A stretch of 64,000 nucleotides of DNA, from assembly GCA_018398765.1 (NCBI GenBank), contig JAHBMJ010000001.1, positions 1-64,000 of the forward strand, read 5' to 3'. The DNA comes from Chromera velia. Taxonomy: Eukaryota. This document shows positions 59,041-64,000 of the stretch, piece by piece; the first letter of the stretch is position 1, and every line of letters starts with the position of its first letter. The notes under the pieces are model-generated. The model saw nothing but the letters and a program-made list of their open reading frames with translations. It did no database searches and had not been told where the DNA came from. The position numbers and the translations under genes are program-made.

Positions 59041-62000
59041 TGTAGAGTGGAAAGAGGGCATACATTGACTGGATTCAAAGGCATGCAATGGAGAGTATTG
59101 AGTGGAAAGAAAGGCACCATGTTCTCCATAGTTTCACCACGTTCTAGACCATTTTCTTCAAATGGCACACACAATCAGCAGCAGTGTAAGGTAAGAGCTA
59201 GAAAAGAGAACAACCATAAAAGAAAACGACTGTTCTCAGGAGATGGGCAGAATCGGATGAATCAATGACCGACTCAGCCGGCCTAAAAAAAAATTGATCG
59301 CGCATACATACATGCGCTCCGGCCAGCCCCCCCGTTCAAGCTCTGTACCCCGTTTTACCCCTTTGTCACTATCGACTGAAACTTCTTAGGAGATTCAAGC
59401 TCAGCCTAACTTTTACACTTTTCACCTATAAAGTTCAAGTCTATTCCAAAGTTCTGCGCTGCATGAATTTTTACTAGTATTCAATACCACAGTGTAACCA
59501 CACATTGTCTTACATGAAATTTGACAGCCAGTCTTTCTCCTATGCAAGGCTTCCATGTACTGTTTTGATGCAGCAACGTACTGGTCAAACGCAACTGCCT
59601 TTTTCACTTTGGTAACGGCCGAAGATCCCTCTGTCTGCCTCTGTCATCGTCAGCTTTTATACTTTCAACTCCCTCTTAGTTTCTTCTTCTGTGAGCTAGG
59701 CTGTCTAAACCTCCTTCTTCAACCATTCGCTTTCTGTCTGTACTAACTTCTGTCTTGCACCCTTTATCTCAAAGCATATTCCGAACTTCTGCAACAAAGT
59801 TCAAGACTATTCCGAACTTCTGCAGTCTTAGTTCAAGGAGTCGATAGTGATAGGGGAGTACCCCGTTTGTCCAAAGGATGGGGTCCCCCCGTCGAGCAGG
59901 CTCCTGCCTCCCTGCCGTTGGGGTTCCGCCCCCCGTTGAAAAGGGATTTTACATCCCTAGACTCTTTTTTATTTTTTTAAAAAAATGTATTTAAAAAATA
60001 TGTTTTTTTTTTGTTTTTGACTATGCTTTTGACATCATTTTTTGAACGCTTTTTTATATACAATTTTTTTTGTATATAAATTTTATGAGTGATAAAAAGT
60101 CTTTAGAAAAAGTTTACTATTAATAGAGGGTGAACATTTTTTTTTACATTCAATTTGCTTATTTAGAGCTAATTTCCTTTGAATACTTTCAACCTGTTGT
60201 TATACTAGCTTTTTACACCGTCAGAGTATTGCTAAACTATCTCACAGGCCTGTGGTTGGCTGATAGAAAACTGTTGAAAAAGAAAAGGCTTCCTTTCCTG
60301 TATATGCAACCGAGAAATGCAAATCCCAACACTGTCTATCACCTACCCCATCCCCTCACAGAGATAGATCCCGCCTACCTCGGTATAACTCGGCCCAACT
60401 CTCTCTCTTCCTCCACAGTTCGTACCTCTCTCCATGCCCCCCCCCCCGTGATCAGTCCCCCACTTCACTTGGCAGCTGCATATGAAGCCCCTCAGTCGCC
60501 TTCAGTCTGTGTGCCCTGAGTTATTTGCTAGGTTATTCGCATCACTGGACCATTCCAACTTGAAGACTAGACTCCAAGAGTGGGTGTGTCTGAAAGGGAG
60601 ACTCTAAACAGGGAGCACAAAATTTAAATTAACTGATCGAGCTGGCTCTTTCTCTTGTTGCTCGTGTGTCTCGAACCTACACTATTAATGTTATTCCAGT
60701 CTTAAAAACCAAAATCAGACAAGCAACAATGATAATCGCTGCCTCGGAGTCCTCAAAAGCTAGCCTTAAAAGCTTTGCAAGCCATACTGCTGTCAACCTC
60801 GGTGTCAAGAGGCACTCTAGCATATGAAGGCATAAAGGGGCAGGTAGGCTGGATCAATATCTCTTCAATCAGACATGTCAACAAAGACTTTATTTCGATC
60901 TTCTTAAGTAGCTAACACATTGGCTCCATATGAACTTGAATCTCTTTGACTGGGCAAACAGGCTCCTACTACTAGACCATGTCAACCACAACCACGCTCA
61001 TCGAGGATGTGATTTGGACACTGTAAGCAATAGAGCAGGCTATAATCTGGTAGACAGCGAGAGCAAGAAGCCTAATGAGGAGACAGAGAGGGAATCTAGG
61101 AGGGAATCCGATCTGCTTCTACCAAACTTTTACAGAGGGATGCAAAGGGATCAGCTTGATCAACAGGCTGGGAGACCTGAACCTGTGGAGCCTGGAGCTG
61201 AGGAAGAGGCTGCTGCATATCATCCTCTTGATCGTTCTCATCCTCGTCTTCATTTTTGTTACAGTAGTAAAAATTCTCCTGGATCAATGTCGATCGTCTT
61301 TCGATCGATGAACACCGATGGACACCAACTCGGCATTCCACTCTCCGTCAAACTCTGCCTTATCCATGGAAGACGTGAATGTCAAGTCAAGGACACTGAC
61401 AGACGTGATCAAAACCGTGAGATACGTATCACTTGTGTACATAGTCCCGTACTGGCGAGACAATATCATACAGTGCATAGAAACAGACAAGCAGAGCATT
61501 GCCAAGTGGATGTCCATGAAGGCCCTTGCCGACCTTCCCCGCCGCTAGTCCCCACCGAGGTTGACTCCAGAATCCCTCGCCAGAGAATTCTTATTATCTC
61601 CCCAAGGCCCCTCCCATAAAATGCCTACTTCCATTCTTTCCTCTTGGAGGCACCCGCCCTCCCCACTCCCGTAGACAGGAGGAACGGCAAGACTTGCCAT
61701 GATGGTCTCCTTTGAGGTGTCGTACTGTACATCCCTACCGAAGGAATCGTTTGCTTCATCTATTTGAGGCAACTGAGCAGACGAAGAAGAGGACAACACT
61801 GCCAGTAGAAGGCCATCGAATGAGAGGGACTGGTGGGAGAGCTTCGGGAGGACTCTCTCCAGAGACTCGTCTCGGAGAAGGGAGGAGGGAGAAACTATAG
61901 AGGCAGGCACTTAATTTTTATGTGCTCCCGCATCCATGGTTACCTTCTCAATACCCTCCTAACACTTGATCGGGGGCTGCCGAAGATGGCGTTAGTCTTG

Positions 62001-62239
62001 ATCAAAGGCGGCCGGAGGCCGCCGAAGAAAATCATATGTCTTGATTGAATGTTGCCGAAGGCAAGCAACGAAAGACCGAAGACCACGCCCAAGATGAACG
62101 CATGTTAGTGTCAAATTTATGCAAGAAAGTCAACATCAAAAAGATGTACACCTGTCTATACCGTTGTCATGCAAATTGATGGATAGCTTTTGTCACTTTG
62201 TTGAGTTGTGAATAAATATAAAAACAATGCTAAATTACC

Positions 62240-62838
62240 AATATAAAAGTTGAGTGCTTATTGACCTAGTATATATTTCTATAAGAAGTTTTCATTTGTC
62301 ATAGTTCTAATTTATCATGATTCATGAGAAATCGATCCCCAAAATTTGTTGAATTAAATCTTTTGAATTCTTGATGCTAATATAAGAGTTGAGTGCTTAT
62401 TGACCTAGTATGTAGGGCCTGTACGAGGCGTTGCCGCTGGGCTGGCGGGAGACTCAGTCGCTTGACGGGCTGCTCATACAGAGTATGGGCACGGGATCGA
62501 TGAACGTGTGCATCGGTGTATAGAATCAGTGATCGATACACAAAGTGATGCCTTTATTGTGTGCCAGGCAGAAGAAGCTCTGGAAGCAGTATGATTAGCA
62601 TGAGTGGTTGCTATCAGAAACTCTAAGACGGAACTCTCTCTAAGAATATCTGTTCAGGAATCTCTCTGTCTAGCCCACCACACTGCTAGCATCATAATTA
62701 TTTAGCACGATAGCCCCGTACGCAGCTGATATAGTATATATTTCTATAAGAAGTTTTTATTTGTCATAGTTCTAATTTATCTTAATTCATAAGAAATCGA
62801 TCCCCAAAATTTGTTGAATTAAATCTTTTGAATTCTTG
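62240..62838 (+). repeat. ~135-bp tandem duplication (62240-62373; 62379-62838), second copy interrupted by a solo LTR
   Basis: GTTGAGTGCTTATTGACCTAGTA...TTTTGAATTCTTG present twice. Confidence 0.9.
62411..62731 (-). mobile_element. Solo LTR, 321 bp, plus-strand ends TG...TA
   Basis: TSD TAGTA at 62406-62410 and 62732-62736; absent from the adjacent paralogous copy. Orientation inferred from a minus-strand AATAAA near 62553. Confidence 0.8.
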
Positions 62839-63559
62839 TCTTTAAATTCCTTCAGATTCTTCGCTAAATTCCTCTAAATTCTTTTAAATTCCTGTCTAGA
62901 TTCCTGTTTAAATTCTTAGGTCCTTGCACGGTAAGCATGTAAAGAGATCTATAGTTGAGGATTAAGCGTTATCAGTTTAAACTTTTAACTCAATCTTTAT
63001 AGTTCTTAAAAACCAATATGTTATAATATGTCAAAATTGATGTCAATTTTTGAAAGTATAGTAAAAATCGATATCGATATCAATTTTAGATGCAATTTTT
63101 AGGTATACTTTTATAGGGTAAGTAACCTTTTTTACACTAGTGAAAATGCAATGAGTGCCGAAGATGGTCTTAATCTTGATCGAAGGCGGCCGTAAGCCAC
63201 CGAAGATTGCAGCATTTTGATTGATTCTAAAAAGTTCATAGCTTAGTGTCAGGGGCATACTTTTGAATATTGAAACTCACAGCTGTTGATCAATTGGCTT
63301 CATTCCATCAAGGGGTTATGATCCATCAGGAAATGTTTTTTGGTGTGTTTTACAGAAATACAAACTCTGTCAAATATTGTCAGTCTGATCATTGTCTGAC
63401 ATCATGATGATGCAGATGACAGCATATGCTGTGACAATGCTGTGACAGCTAGTGCATGGCCCCGCGGAGGGTGGAGCGCATTGTTCTATCAAACTTTTGA
63501 AGCTAGAAAGAATTAAGGGTCAGAAAGACTAAGCTAAACAAAAATGGGCAAGCGGCCTA

Positions 63560-63630
63560 GTACGTATATCATAGTGGTTAAGACGTAAAACTAATAATCA
63601 AAAGGTCACGGATTCGATTTCAGGTCACCT
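63560..63630 (+). pseudogene. Decayed tRNA-like sequence (tRNA-Ile(AAT)-like or SINE head)
   Basis: TAGTGGTTA (A-box-like), CTAATAA (anticodon-loop-like), AGGTCACGGATTCGATT (B-box-like) at tRNA spacing, but stems do not pair. Confidence 0.3.
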
Positions 63631-64000
63631 CTCTTTCCCCAAATACATAGAAGGTACCAAAACTACAAAATCATGTCCTGTAGCGATACCAAAACAACAA
63701 TAATGGCCTGTATCACAAAATGATGGTCTGTATTATAAACTGAAAGACTATCAAAAGACTCGGAAATTCAAAAGTCTTTCACAGGGACTTAAACTTTACA
63801 GAAAGGAACCAACTGAAAAGTAGCACCCGGATCGACATTGAAGAAGCTTCTCGGAAGTGAACCTTTATCCTTAAGATAAACCAACCTTATACCTCTTAAG
63901 TAGTTTTCAACTGGCAAGTAGTTTCCAATAAGGACCTACTGACCAGTCACCTCTCGGAAGTAGTTTCCACTTATACTTATAACAACCTCTAAGAAGATAA

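Larger units (their letters stand above)
58218..59960. mobile_element. Non-autonomous TIR element with 8-bp TSD (hAT-like)
   Basis: Ends ATAGGGGTGTAAG and TTACATCCCTAG; TSD ACTCTTTT at 58210-58217 and 59961-59968. Confidence 0.75.

Noticed and set aside
60540..61910. Several overlapping ORFs on both strands
   Set aside because: Fragmented, no motif recognised, flanked by decayed repeats; probably a TE or gene relic that I cannot assign.

Overview
Eukaryotic, intron-rich genomic DNA. GC-rich exons, microsatellite-filled GT-AG introns, abundant TGCATGCA and long low-complexity ORFs suggest a chromerid alveolate such as Chromera velia (inference, not verified). Genes built by hand from splice sites and reading phase: the last exon of an FtsH/M41-like protein, a 12-exon RCC1-repeat protein, a ~3400-aa disordered RRxS-rich protein, POP5, an LRR protein, a P-loop protein, a HAD-like/riboflavin kinase fusion and two hypothetical genes. 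Intergenic DNA is mostly decayed transposons: a full-length chromovirus LTR element with unusual CG...CG termini, a TRIM, a solo LTR next to its own empty site, three 8-bp-TSD TIR elements (one nested), and LINE and CRE-type fragments. Two signals stand out. (1) A 40-60 bp motif (core TTCTGTATGAA, usually a hairpin) sits at five intronic loci between direct copies of unrelated 30-55 bp host sequence, twice duplicating a splice acceptor; it is a candidate undescribed micro-element or duplication mechanism. (2) The repeats carry a RIP-like C>T signature at CpA and CpG. All coordinates and counts were read by eye.
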